DNA from: Octopus sinensis
Taxonomy: Eukaryota
Assembly: GCF_006345805.1 (NCBI RefSeq)
Contig: NC_043007.1
Coordinates: 56,978,001-57,042,000 of the forward strand
Reading direction: 5' to 3'
DNA length: 64,000 nt
The notes under the pieces were generated by a model. The model was not told the DNA's origin and searched no databases. It saw only the letters and a program-made list of their open reading frames with translations. A program made the translations under genes and the position numbers. The number at the start of each line of letters is the position of its first letter. The first letter of the stretch is position 1. Of the stretch, positions 1 to 11,240 are shown in pieces.

Positions 1-2124
1 TGGTAATCATGCTCTGGGCCATATTTTACATTGCTTGGAATTTCTATCTATTGTAATGGAGTCCAAGAATTTCTTTAAATAGATTAGTTTTTGTCCACTG
101 AAGAAGTCTAGCTTGCATTTTCCTCCAGGAAGCTATTGCTCGCTTTCTCCACATTAGAACAATTAAATTCATCGCTGCTACCAGCTCTTACTGCATCTAA
201 CACCAACAACAACATCATAATAAGTGAACATGACTTAGAGTTCCTACAGAAACTTTCATTTACCTTATATGATGTTTAATGTCATTTCACATTCATGTTG
301 AACTTTTGTAATGTATGTATTAGCAGTTCTTTTGGTATAGTAGATTTCTGCTATTTTTGTTTATGTCTCCTCACAGACATGTATATTCTAACAAGTCACT
401 TCTTAAATTTTCACCTCTCTTGTTCAATAAACACTGAGTTAAACTTACAAAGCTGTTTGTTTTCCTCTTTTGATTTTTAATGTTTATTTTAGCGGGTTAC
501 CAAACTGTCAGTTGGTTTCCCAGCTAAAACAGTTATGACAAATTTTTAAGTTTGCTTGACATTTTATAAGTGTGAAAGGGGTTAAAATTTTGATACTCTG
601 TATCAAAGGTTCTGACAAGAATAGGCAGAAAATCAGAGCTTGAGAGAAGACACTTTCAGACCAATCATAAGTCTGTTTACATAATCAGTTTGATCGGTCA
701 CCTTCCTCTGTCGACTGAGTATTGTCCAAGATGATGTTTATTGGTAATTAAACTTATTTTGCAACACTTGTGCATATTTATCAGCTCTGTTTTTGTTGAT
801 AAGAATTATCAACAACTTTTCTTGTGATCATGATTTGAGAAGACACAGAAGTATGTTAAAGATCAGACATAATCTCTTGTGGGTAAGAAATGTAAAATAA
901 AGTTTATGATAAACAACACAATTACTTCATAATTTAATAGCTTTTAATGTGATATCTGTTAAACAGAAATTATTTTTATTTTAGGAAAATTTAATAAAAT
1001 CTAATCATAAGTAAGTGAAATACAGCTAAATTGAAAATCTTTTCCCTCTGACCATATCAGCAATTCTGAAAACTTTTGCATGCAAATTTTACATGAGTAG
1101 AAGCTTTTTTTAACAATTTTTATCCTGAAAATCACCTGCGTAAATTACACAGGATCACAAATTACATGGGTTTTTACAGTATATGTAAATATACACACAC
1201 ACATACACAAGTGTCTATGTGTATATTTCAGCTATTTTTGCATTCATTTTCTATATTTTCATGGGTTAGACGAATAAGTTAGTTGGGGCATTATTTTACA
1301 GTTAGATGCACTTCCTGACGCTAAACCTTATCAGTTTTTCAAGTAAAGAAAATTTTATTCCACACAGCTTTGAAGGCATGAAATGACAAGATAATTTGTT
1401 GACAAGAAAAACCACACACACATGTATAGGTGTATGTATGTACTTGTAGAGGACTGGCAGAATATAAAGAGTAAAGACTTCCTCTGGTCATGAATGACCA
1501 TGGGATTGCACCTAGAAAGTTACTCTCCAGCAGTCACCCATGCATATCAGCCTCTCCTCTCCATGCCACTGATGTTATCCAAGGGAAAGGCAAAGGCTGA
1601 TCCAACTTGGCATCAGTGACAACGCAACTCATTTCTACAGCTGGAGTGAACTGGAGCAATCTATATATATCTCTTATTATAAAAGGCAGATTTTATCTGC
1701 CTCCCTTTGGGAGTTATAGAAATCTACAATATAGGATTTCTTCAATTACAATTTACCTAGCATTTTTAAGAGTAGAATGCATCGGGTCATGCCAGGTCCA
1801 GTTTTTAAAATTTAAACTCCAATTAAGCAAAATTTACAGAAAACTCACATTCTGGTGTGTATGTCAAATGCTTTTCTTAGTCTGGTTTACACCACATGCA
1901 AACGCACACACACACTGTGTAACGAATAAAGTGAAACTAGATGTAATATTTGTTTCTGTCTATCACGCTGATAGATACATGAGTAAAATGTATGGGAAGC
2001 TAACAGATAAGAGTGAGTGAAAATGTTCTTGGAAGAGAGTAAATTAGCGACAGAGTGATTTGAGGAAGACTAAACTGAAAGTATGAAACAGTGTTTATGT
2101 ATAAACAGACGATACTTATATAAA

Positions 2125-2450
2125 CCCTTTCGTTACCAAACCGCCCGAATTTACCTATTCATATTTAAATGAGAATATCAGAGTAAATCTCTTTAGTACA
2201 TTCGTGAAAACACGTATTATACTTCGTAAACACTTCAAATACAGTTTTGTACAAAAATCGAAGTGTAATTTTAATTCCGTGAATTATGGGAGATTTTTTT
2301 CCGAAATTTGTTCCTATTGTGCTTTCAAAATTTGTAATTCTGACAAAAAATGGATACGAATTTCATTATATCAAGCAGCGAGTCAGAATTCGAAGGATTT
2401 TCTACTGAAGACCTTCATAAATCTAACTCTATGACTGAAAAAAAAAAAAA
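2125..2450 (+). mobile_element. piggyBac-like left-end fragment
   Basis: Starts (T)AAA|CCCTTTCGTTACC, a TTAA/CCC-type end. Carries an acidic MDTNFIISSSESEFEGFSTEDL peptide like piggyBac transposase N-termini. No right end is visible. Confidence 0.4.
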
Positions 2451-2453
2451 GCA

Positions 2454-2839
2454 TCTTTATATAAGAGTGAAGTTGTGTGTCTGTCCCCTTCGATTTATAT
2501 TCGTAACTACTCCCACATTTTGCGGTGCAGTTTAACCAAAAGCGGGTATCTTATAGTCGTGATTCATATCGAGCCCTTCTGGGTATTAGCACGCGTCTAC
2601 GATGAGTCTACGATTTACCATCATATTTTTCCATTTTAATGCATTTTTTTCGCTTTTATATAAGGGAAGTAACTCTCTAAGAATATCTACGATGTGTCAA
2701 CGATTTAAAAAGAAAATTTACCTTAATTTTTTTTCAATTTTTAATGCATTTTTTTGCTATTTTTTGGATATAACTCTCTAAAAATGCTTATATAGTTATT
2801 TCCCTTACAACGCCGAGCAACGCCGGGCGATACTGCTAG
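2454..2839 (+). mobile_element. Non-autonomous Helitron (family B)
   Basis: 5' A|TCTTTATAT, and 3' GC-rich hairpin cgccgagcaacgccgggcg followed by CTAG|T. The first ~190 bp match 29558-29340 on the minus strand. Confidence 0.8.
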
Positions 2840-2840
2840 T

Positions 2841-3039
2841 ATATATATAAAGCAAAGGATGTCTCTGTGTGTGTGTGTGTGTATAATATTCATACATTTC
2901 TACAGTTTTCAACCAATTTTCTCCAAAATTTACACACACATTACTTATGTGCCAAGGATGATCAAATAACTGAAACAAATAAAAGAATAAAAAAACTATG
3001 CCATTTTAATCCCGAGCAATGCTAAGTTATCTCTGCTAG
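2841..3039 (+). mobile_element. Short non-autonomous Helitron (family C)
   Basis: Starts atatatataaagc with a (TG)n tract and ends cccgagcaatgc...ctgCTAG|T. Confidence 0.6.
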
Positions 3040-3154
3040 TGTGAAATAAAGTATATTACTCAAGAACCCAATACACAGCCCAGTCCAGGAACCGAACCCA
3101 CTACCTCGTGATTGTGAGCCCGACACTCTAACCACTGAGCCATGCACCTTCACA

Positions 3155-3213
<59 letters not shown>

Positions 3214-4092
3214 TCTAAGAAACCTTGGACTATTTGTTCTGAGTTCTAATCCTGCTGTGGCTTACATGACTAGTATATCTAACTTGTTGCCCAATTTAAC
3301 ACCATCATATGGCCCTTTGGTGCTTTCTTGGCACTCTGTTGCAAGCATTTGAGCCAGGTTTCTTTCTGTTGGCGGATATATCCCCCCCCCCACCTTCTGT
3401 GAGTCTCAGAGATCCCAAAAGAAGTCACAAGCTCTACCTTGCTTCTAAAATAATATAAATACACAATAATCTTAAAACTGTAAATTGAAATATAGTGAAA
3501 AAGAATATGTAATAATAACTAAAAAGTACAAGAAACCTGTATATGTTTATAAACAGAAAATATTTGCATTGATAAACTAGAGTTTATATCAATAAATTAA
3601 AAAAGATGCATTATATATACATATATGTATATATAACATCAACAGGCAACAGGATATATATTTTCCCATATACAAGTATGTGTGTGTATATATATAAAGA
3701 GAGAGAGAGAGAAGTTCACTTTTCACTTCTCAACTATGTGGTTTTGAGTTCAGTCACACTGTATGGCACTTCGGAGATTAGTAAAGTCCCAGGCTGATGA
3801 AAGCCTAGTAAGTAGATTTGGCAGAGAAACTGAAAAATGAGCCTTCATACTAACATGTGTGTGTGTGTGTGTTTAGCTCTGTTGCTTGCTTATATTTTTC
3901 CTGACAAAGAATTACCTACTCACTTAGTGCCTTCAAAGCCATGTGGAATAAGCGATCTCTTACTCAAAGGGCAGACACTGTTTAGTGTCAGGAAATATAT
4001 CTGGCTACAACAGATTGCCACAATAACAAATTCATCTAGCCCATGCTAGCATAGAAAAACAGATGCTAAACAATATATATTATAAATATATA

Positions 4093-4298
4093 CAAGGTGG
4101 TCCAAAAGTCATGCACCAAAGCATTCGACATTTTATGTATATTACATTATTATTATTATTATCAATTTTGTTCATCATGTACAAGTACATGCATCATTAT
4201 TTCATTTATTTTATTCAATTTTAGAAAAATTGAAGCATGTCTTTGACAATTCCAGAGCATACTGAACTTATTTTGTGTGTGACTTTTGGCCCACCATG
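4093..4298. mobile_element. Tc1/mariner-type MITE
   Basis: 19-bp TIRs CAAGGTGGTCCAAAAGTCA / CATGGTGGGCCAAAAGTCA (17 of 19 match), flanked by TA on both sides. Confidence 0.8.
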
Positions 4299-4462
4299 TA
4301 TGGGTATGTGCATGTGTGTGAATGTGTGCGTATATATGCTTTTGTTATTGTTTGCATGTATGTATAAACACACATACATACATACATACGTATGTGGGAG
4401 AAAAAAAAGAGAATGTGTTAGAGAATCAGTAATTATCTTTGGGTGAAATTTGTCCTTTTCTG

Positions 4463-4501
<39 letters not shown>

Positions 4502-4581
4502 ACCTATATATTAATTATAGGCAAAACAGAAATATCAATCAAATATAGAAATAAGATGAGCAAATGTGAAGCACTACTCAC

Positions 4582-4763
4582 CCTGAAAATTAAGTCTTTC
4601 TCCTGAGTAGTGTCCAGCTGTTTAATTACTCCTGCAGCCATCAGGTATGTACAGATTTGGGTGATGGCCAACCGACGCTCCTGCTTATAGTTAACTTGAT
4701 CACAGCTCTGAGTGGTAATTGAATTGGCAAAACCTGAACTTAACCACTGCAGTAACATCTGCC
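4582..4763 (-). CDS. Second coding exon, DEP-like winged-helix domain core
   Basis: Acceptor tatctcctccag| at 4764 and donor AGG|GTGAGT at 4581; 182 nt. Encodes GQMLLQWL...RRLAITQICTYLMAAGVIKQL...IFR, a DEP-like pattern (G-x-x-L-L-x-W-L, then C-x-x-L-x-x-x-G-V-I). The formin assignment is from recall only. Downstream exons lie outside the window or were not recognised. Confidence 0.85.
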
Positions 4764-6699
4764 CTGGAGGAGATAATATAAAGTAATCAATGTATTAAAA
4801 TAAAATGAGAAATTCTGAATATTTTCACCTTTAGAGGGAGAATACTCTAAATGTGTTTTCTAAATCATCTTCTGCATTGTATATATGGCTAAACTAAAAT
4901 ATATTATCTCAGTTTAGTGTAGAATAGTAACTCTAGTAACTTTATGATTTGGTGCACATCAGTGGGAGCCACAATGTGGTTGGTAAACTAGCTAGAAATA
5001 GCAACCAATTCTTCTCAAATTAGACCCTACTATCTTAAAAAAGAAGTTGCTGGAAATGCAGTCTTGAATTCTTAGCACATGGGTAAAAGACAATAAGTGT
5101 AGTCAATCTAGGGTAACGTAGGGCTAAACAATTACTTTACCATAATGAACCAGGATTTTTTTTCTTTTTCTAGCAATGTTGGTTACAACAATGAGGGTTC
5201 CAGCTGATCCAATCAATGGTACAGCCTGTTAATGAAATTAATGTGCAAGTAGTTGAGCACCCCACCGGCACATGTACTCTTAAAGTGGTTCTTAGAGAGA
5301 TTCAGTGTGACACAAAATGTGGCAAGGCAAGCCCTTTAGCAACAAGAAAGTGCCTTGCTCAATGACACAATGTGCTGCCAGGAACTGAATGCATGACCTT
5401 ATAATCATGAGCCAAATACCCTAATCACTAAGCCATGCATCTTCACAATGAACCAGGATAGTCCTTGCATGGTCACTTAACTTGTTAGAAATAGCACCCA
5501 AATCTCCTTTAGAATAAATCTTATTGTCTTTAAAAAGGAAGGATACATTATCCAATATAGTCCTGCATGACCCTAAGACAGGATACCTTTGATCTAAAGT
5601 ACTTTTAATTATAAATCTACTCAATAAGGTTGACTAAAAACTAAACAACAACATAACTTTGTGCACTGTACCATTATTACATAAGACCACACAAACCACT
5701 ACAGCAACATCACAACTCTCTGCAACAGAGACATTGATCCAGAATGATACCTCAACAATTGGCTATTGAGAGAAAAACAAATCAATGTAACAAGTCAATT
5801 AAGAATTTCTACATGGTCACTAAATCAGCTAAAAATAGCAGCTAAATTTCTCTCAAATCACACACTACTGTTTCAAAAACAGAATGATACATCAGATTAT
5901 GTAGTCCATTGCACATTATATCAGGATAAAAATATCTTGGATTATAAATTTGCTCCATTAGAACTAGCCTCAATCTACACAACACAATCACCCACGACAC
6001 ATCAATAATACCGTAGCAACTCCAAATCAACACTAACAGAGATGCTGCATGAAAATACACCACAAAAACCAACAGCACCAATAGCTTTAGAGCAATGCAA
6101 AATCACAGGACCTCAAGAAAATACCAATATAAAAGTCAGGTAGCTAGGTTTGAACCTTTAGTCTCTCATTTCATCACCATACCACAGTGTTTAAAATGAA
6201 TGTTAATATCAACAAAGGAACAGCAGAAAAAAAAATGTAACCTCCATAAACATGTGAAGATATGTGGCCTAGTGGTTAGGGTACTGGGCTCATGATCATT
6301 TGATCATGGTTTCAATTTCTGGAGCAGGCAGTGCATTGTGTTTTAGAGCAAGCCACTTCATTTCACATTGCTCCAGTCTATTCAGCTGAAATAATCCTGA
6401 GTGCTGGTACAACACTCTTTCCTATCTGTAAGATCCTGTTCTGCTGGAGCAAGAGTTGGAGGACCCAGAGGGTGTATATGTCTGCTCTTGAGTATACAAG
6501 CACCTAAAACAATGAGTAAAAGCATGGTACACACATACTATCCAGTCATATTGAATTGTGAGTGATGACTGTAATTATATTGACTGTGGTGGGGAATCCT
6601 GCTATTATTGATAGTTGATATCTACTTCATAATGTCTCATCTAGATTTGAAGAGAATAAGGTATTGTATAAATCAGTAGTAGTAGTACTACAATAGTTT

Positions 6700-8760
6700 C
6701 TAATATAGGCATAGGTCAGAAATTAGGAGGAACAGGTAAGAACATCAACCCAAGTATATGACTGGTATTTTATTTCATCAATTCCAGAGGGATAAAGTGT
6801 ATAGTTACCTCAACAGAATTTGAACTCAGAAGTACCCAGAACAAATACTGCAAGTCATTTTGTCTTATGCTCTGATTCTGCCAGTTCATTTCCCTGTAAT
6901 AATTTCTTACACTGGCACAAGGTCAGAAATTATGGTATGAGAGACCAGCTGATCTTAGTACTTGCTTGATATTTAATCAACCCCAGAAGGATGAAAGTTG
7001 ACCTCAGCAGGATCTGAACTCAAGATGTAAAGAGGTGGAACAAATACTGCAACTCTTTAATGATGTCAATCTACCAACAATAATAATAATGGTTTCAAAT
7101 TTTAACCCAAGGCCAGCAACTTTGGGGAAGTGGGGAAGTAGAATACATCAACCCCCGTATTCAACTCGTACTTATTTAATGAACCCCCAAAAGGATAAAA
7201 GGTAAAGTCGACCTCAGCAGAATTTAAATGGTTTCTATTTTGGCACAAGGCCAGCAATTCTGAGGATGGGGAGTTAATCAATACCATGAAGCCCAATTCT
7301 TGAAAGGTTTTTAATTTTATTTTAGTGACCCTGAAAGGATTAAAAGGTGAAGTTAATCTCAGCAGCATTTGAACAAAGAATGTAAAGAGCCAGAAGAAAC
7401 ATCACTAAACATTTTTGTCTGACATGATAATGACTCCCCCACCATCACAACAAAACACTTTGAATGATAATAGTTTCAAATTTTGGCACAGACCAGCAAG
7501 TTCAGGGGAGGAGATAAGTCAATTACATCAACCCCACTGTGCAACTGGTACTTATTTTATCAACTCTATAACACTGAAAAACAAAGTAGACTTTGGCAGA
7601 ATTTGAACTAGGAATGTAAAGACTGACAAAATGCTGTTAGGCATTTTGCCCAGCATGCTATCAATTCTGCCAGCTTGCCACTCTACTTTGAATGATAATA
7701 ATGATAATGTAAGGCACAAGGCCACTTACAAATTTTAGAACAAAGAGCACAGTCAATTTTTATTAACCACCTCTACCAAAACTCAACTGATAGTCATGTA
7801 TATCAACACAGAGATTTGAACTCAGAATGTAAAAGAACAAAAGTAAAGACCAATTCTATCATCCACCACATTAATTCCAATTGATAATAAATAAGGATTT
7901 CAAACCTTAAGTGAACACAAAGCTACAAATTAAGGGGGAAAGTATGGCTAATTATATTAGTGAAGAATCTGGCTGGTATTTTGTGTTATTGATCCTAGAT
8001 AAAATTAAAAACAAAGTTGGCCCTGGTAGAATCTGAACTCAGAACATACTGAGAATTAACTAAATATTCAAAGGTATTTAATATAGTGCATGATGATTTT
8101 GGCACCCTTTACTGTGACCATCATCAACACTATTCTTCTATTTGTTTCAGCCATGCTTATATGGTCATGTTGGAACACAACTATGGGAATGTAATAGTAA
8201 TATTAGTTTCAAATTTTAGCACAAGGCCAACAGATTGAAGGGTGGGGGTTAAGTTGATTAAATCAACTGGTACTTATTTTATCAATCTCAAAAGGATGAA
8301 AGGCAAAGTCAATTCCAATGGAATTTGAACACAGGATGAAAAAACAGATGAAGTGCTGCTAAATGCTTTGCTTGCAGCTTGCCACCTTAATATAGTAATA
8401 TTAATGATTTCTCACATTAGGACAAGGAAATTCAAAAGGAAGAAGTAAACACAATTAAATTAACACCAATATATGATCAGCATTTGTTTTACTTATCTCA
8501 GTGGGATAAAAGACTAAGTTAACCACAAAGCAAGATTTGAATACACAATAGAGACGAAAAATGAAAAAATTAAAATCTAGTCTCATGTTCTGTCTCAACT
8601 ACAGATAACAGAAGGGAATGAAGTCGAGAAAAATTTTACATTGTTACAGGGCCCCATTTCTGCTGAGGTCAGTCAAACAGGTACTTATTTTATCAATGCT
8701 GGAAGAATGAAAGAAACATAAGCCTTGTAAAGATTTCAGCTAAATATCAGAAGGTATATA
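6700..8760 (-). mobile_element. Head-to-tail array of ~10 decayed CORE-type SINE copies
   Basis: Recurring block ttcaaattttggcacaaggccagc...ggtacttattttatc...gaaaggatgaaaggcaaagtc...gaatttgaactcag about every 150-250 bp, all in one orientation. Confidence 0.75.
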
Positions 8761-8980
8761 GTTTGAAATATTACAAAGCCTCATTGTGGGTGAAATAACA
8801 ATGTAAACACACACCAATAGATATAGCATATATTTAACCCAGTGACCTTACTGTTTCCAGATTGTAATACTAAGAAGAATAACATTAACAACAAAGAAGA
8901 GCAGAAAGGTCACAAATTTTAGAAGAGGATTGTACATAAGTTAACTGAAAAAATAATTTTGCTGAAAAATTAAAACCTAC

Positions 8981-9563
8981 CTTCAAAAACCTCCAGATGA
9001 CTGAAGTTCAATTTAGTTGGAACCTCTGTTGGCCAATGTAATTTGTCAACTTTAAAAGCAGAATAATTGCCATTTAAAGAACTTTGTACTGTGTTATTAA
9101 ATTGTTTCACATATTCATTGCCCGTTCCTGATTCAGGGCCATTATTTGCTGAACTAAGAAGTTTGGCAGAAGCTATAGCACTATTGGCATCTTGCAATGA
9201 ATGTTTTTTGCTTTTTGTTGTTGGTTCTGGAGAGAGAAGGGGCATGCCTGTTGCTCGTGGAGCAACAGCCATAACATCGATACTTTTTTGAGCCCTGATG
9301 TTGTTCATCTGCGCAAGTATTCTGGTGTCATGGTCCAACATCGCTTGATCAATATCTGTGACAATTATGCCCCGCTTCGACAGCTGACTATTGTCTATTT
9401 CTGTTTTTTCAGTGATATCCAGAGAATAACTTGTCCGATGACAAGCTCGTTCTCCAGTTGGCTCACTGGTATGATCAAAAGTCAAACTTCTGTAAGGATG
9501 GTGCACATCTCCAGCACCAGATGAATCAGATGGTGTTGTGACACCATTTGATGAATGATCCAT
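8981..9563 (-). CDS. First coding exon of a DEP-like-domain protein (possible formin/cappuccino-type N-terminus)
   Basis: ATG at 9563 in strong context (AAAATGG). Open frame MDHSSNG...LNFSHLEVFE of 583 nt ends at donor G|GTAGGT (8980). The phase-1 junction joins the next exon to read HLEVFEGQMLLQWL. Confidence 0.85.
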
Positions 9564-9961
9564 TTTCCCCAAAGACAGAAGAAACAAATTTCTCAGATAT
9601 AGCGTACTATATAATTAATAGTATATTTTGTTGTTTTTTCTTTAAGCTGCTCAGATCTAAACACATGATAAAATTAATTAGAAAGCTAAATAAAAATCCA
9701 TATAACAAAACAACACAAGCCCTTTACAGTGAGGTTATCAGGTTTATTAAGAGAGAAGTTTCTAAATAGTAACCATAACAAGCAAAAAAAAAATTATCAG
9801 CTGGAGACCACAACAGTTGTTTCAAGGATGCAGTGGGGATACAGTCATTTTAGTGGGAGAAATAGTAATTGGAATCCTCCATAAAGAATGTTTTCCTAAT
9901 AAATCCAAGCAATTTAGTTGTTCTTCATGCTAGATCTTCGTCTTCCTTTGCCTTCATGAAT
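9564..9961 (-). other. Probable 5' UTR portion of the first coding exon
   Basis: Strong acceptor tatttctcttttattgcag| at 9962. No convincing donor before the ATG at 9563. Contains 7 upstream ATGs. Confidence 0.55.
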
Positions 9962-10804
9962 CTGCAATAAAAGAGAAATACAAAAATAATTAAATGGACA
10001 AACTTTGCAAACAATATGAAAATTCCTCAGACTGAATGACAATGTCTGAATAGGTTACAGGAATCAGACACTTTTTTTTTGCTTTTCTTTTTTATTTAAT
10101 TGTTAAATACACTAGTTTATTGATAATATAAGGGGTTTTATTTATTAAACAGCTCTTGACTGTAAGTATTATCAGTTGTATTTTGCTGTGATCATCAACT
10201 AACTCTGATCAAAGAATGGTTAGTGAGCAGAAGGTGCTCCAGCTGTCTTGGTAGTACCAGCAATGGTAATGTACCAAATTAAATGACCCAAGGTAGTGAT
10301 AGTAATAGTAGTTGCACCAAATTAAATGATTAAAGGTGGTGTACAAATCTGTATATATGTGTGTGTGTATGCATGGGTGTGTGTCTCCTTGACATTATGC
10401 TATAATTGCGAATGAGCATCCTCCTCATCATCAAACAAGTCGTAACTTTCATTTCCACTCTCCTGTATATGTATGACCATGATGTAACAAGAAAGGCATC
10501 CATCTGCAAGAATTCTGCCTCAATGAATTCCATCTGACCCATGCAAGTATGGATGATGATGATGATTTATTTGTTCTGAGTTCAAATCTTATAACAGTTC
10601 ATAAAACAAAATACTCAGGCATGTAACTTGAATAAGTCCAATCAACAATGCTTCTTTATAAGAAATTACTGCCCTTGTAGGAAATTAAGAAGTCATAATT
10701 AAATGCAACAACCAGTCAGAAGAAGTGAAACACTGTTCTAGGCACCTTACAGTACAAAGTTTTACCCTTTGATGCTTACAGTGTGACAAAAAATCTTAAG
10801 CAAT

Positions 10805-11240
10805 ATTAGTTTCAAATTTTGGTACAAGGCCAGTAATTTCATGGGAAGGATTAAGTCAATTACAATGACCCCAATGCTCAACTGGTACTTATTTTATTTA
10901 TCCCCAATGGACGAAAGGCAAAGTCAACCTCAGGTGAATTTGAATATTAAGACAGACAGAATACCACTAGGCATTTTGCTGAGCAAGCTAATGCTTCTGT
11001 CAGCTTGCCACCTTTATCTTAGGCAATATGGGTTTCACATTTTGGCACCAGGCCAGCAAATTTGAAGGAGAGGTAAGTTGATTACATCGACCCCAGTACT
11101 TATTTTATTGACCCTGTAAGGATGAAAGGCAAAGTCGACTACATCAGTTTATGAGCTCAGAACATAGGACAGATGAAATGCCACTAAGCATTTTGCCAAG
11201 TGTGCTAACAGTTCTTTCTGTCAGCTTGTCATCTTAATCT
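10805..11240 (-). mobile_element. Two tandem CORE-type SINE copies
   Basis: Same motifs as the 6.7-8.8 kb array, in the same orientation. Confidence 0.7.

Larger units (their letters stand above)
1660..3039 (+). mobile_element. Composite non-autonomous Helitron insertion
   Basis: Begins with TC after A1659 and ends with CTAG before T3040, with no TSD. Contains a family-A 5' end (also seen at 31027), a piggyBac-like fragment, a complete family-B unit and a family-C unit. Confidence 0.75.
1480..3152 (-). mobile_element. tRNA-derived SINE split in two (1480-1659 and 3040-3152) by a composite Helitron
   Basis: Rejoining the flanks gives gtgaactggagcaa|tgtgaaataaag, continuous SINE sequence. The tRNA-like head is at ~3070-3152. 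Confidence 0.7.

Noticed and set aside
3279-3464. Minus-strand ORF with a plausible acceptor (tattattttag) as the next exon of the gene
   Set aside because: The preceding exon ends in phase 0, and that frame stops after 12 codons. Part of the sequence (caaatgcttgcaacag) recurs at ~31767, suggesting a repeat.
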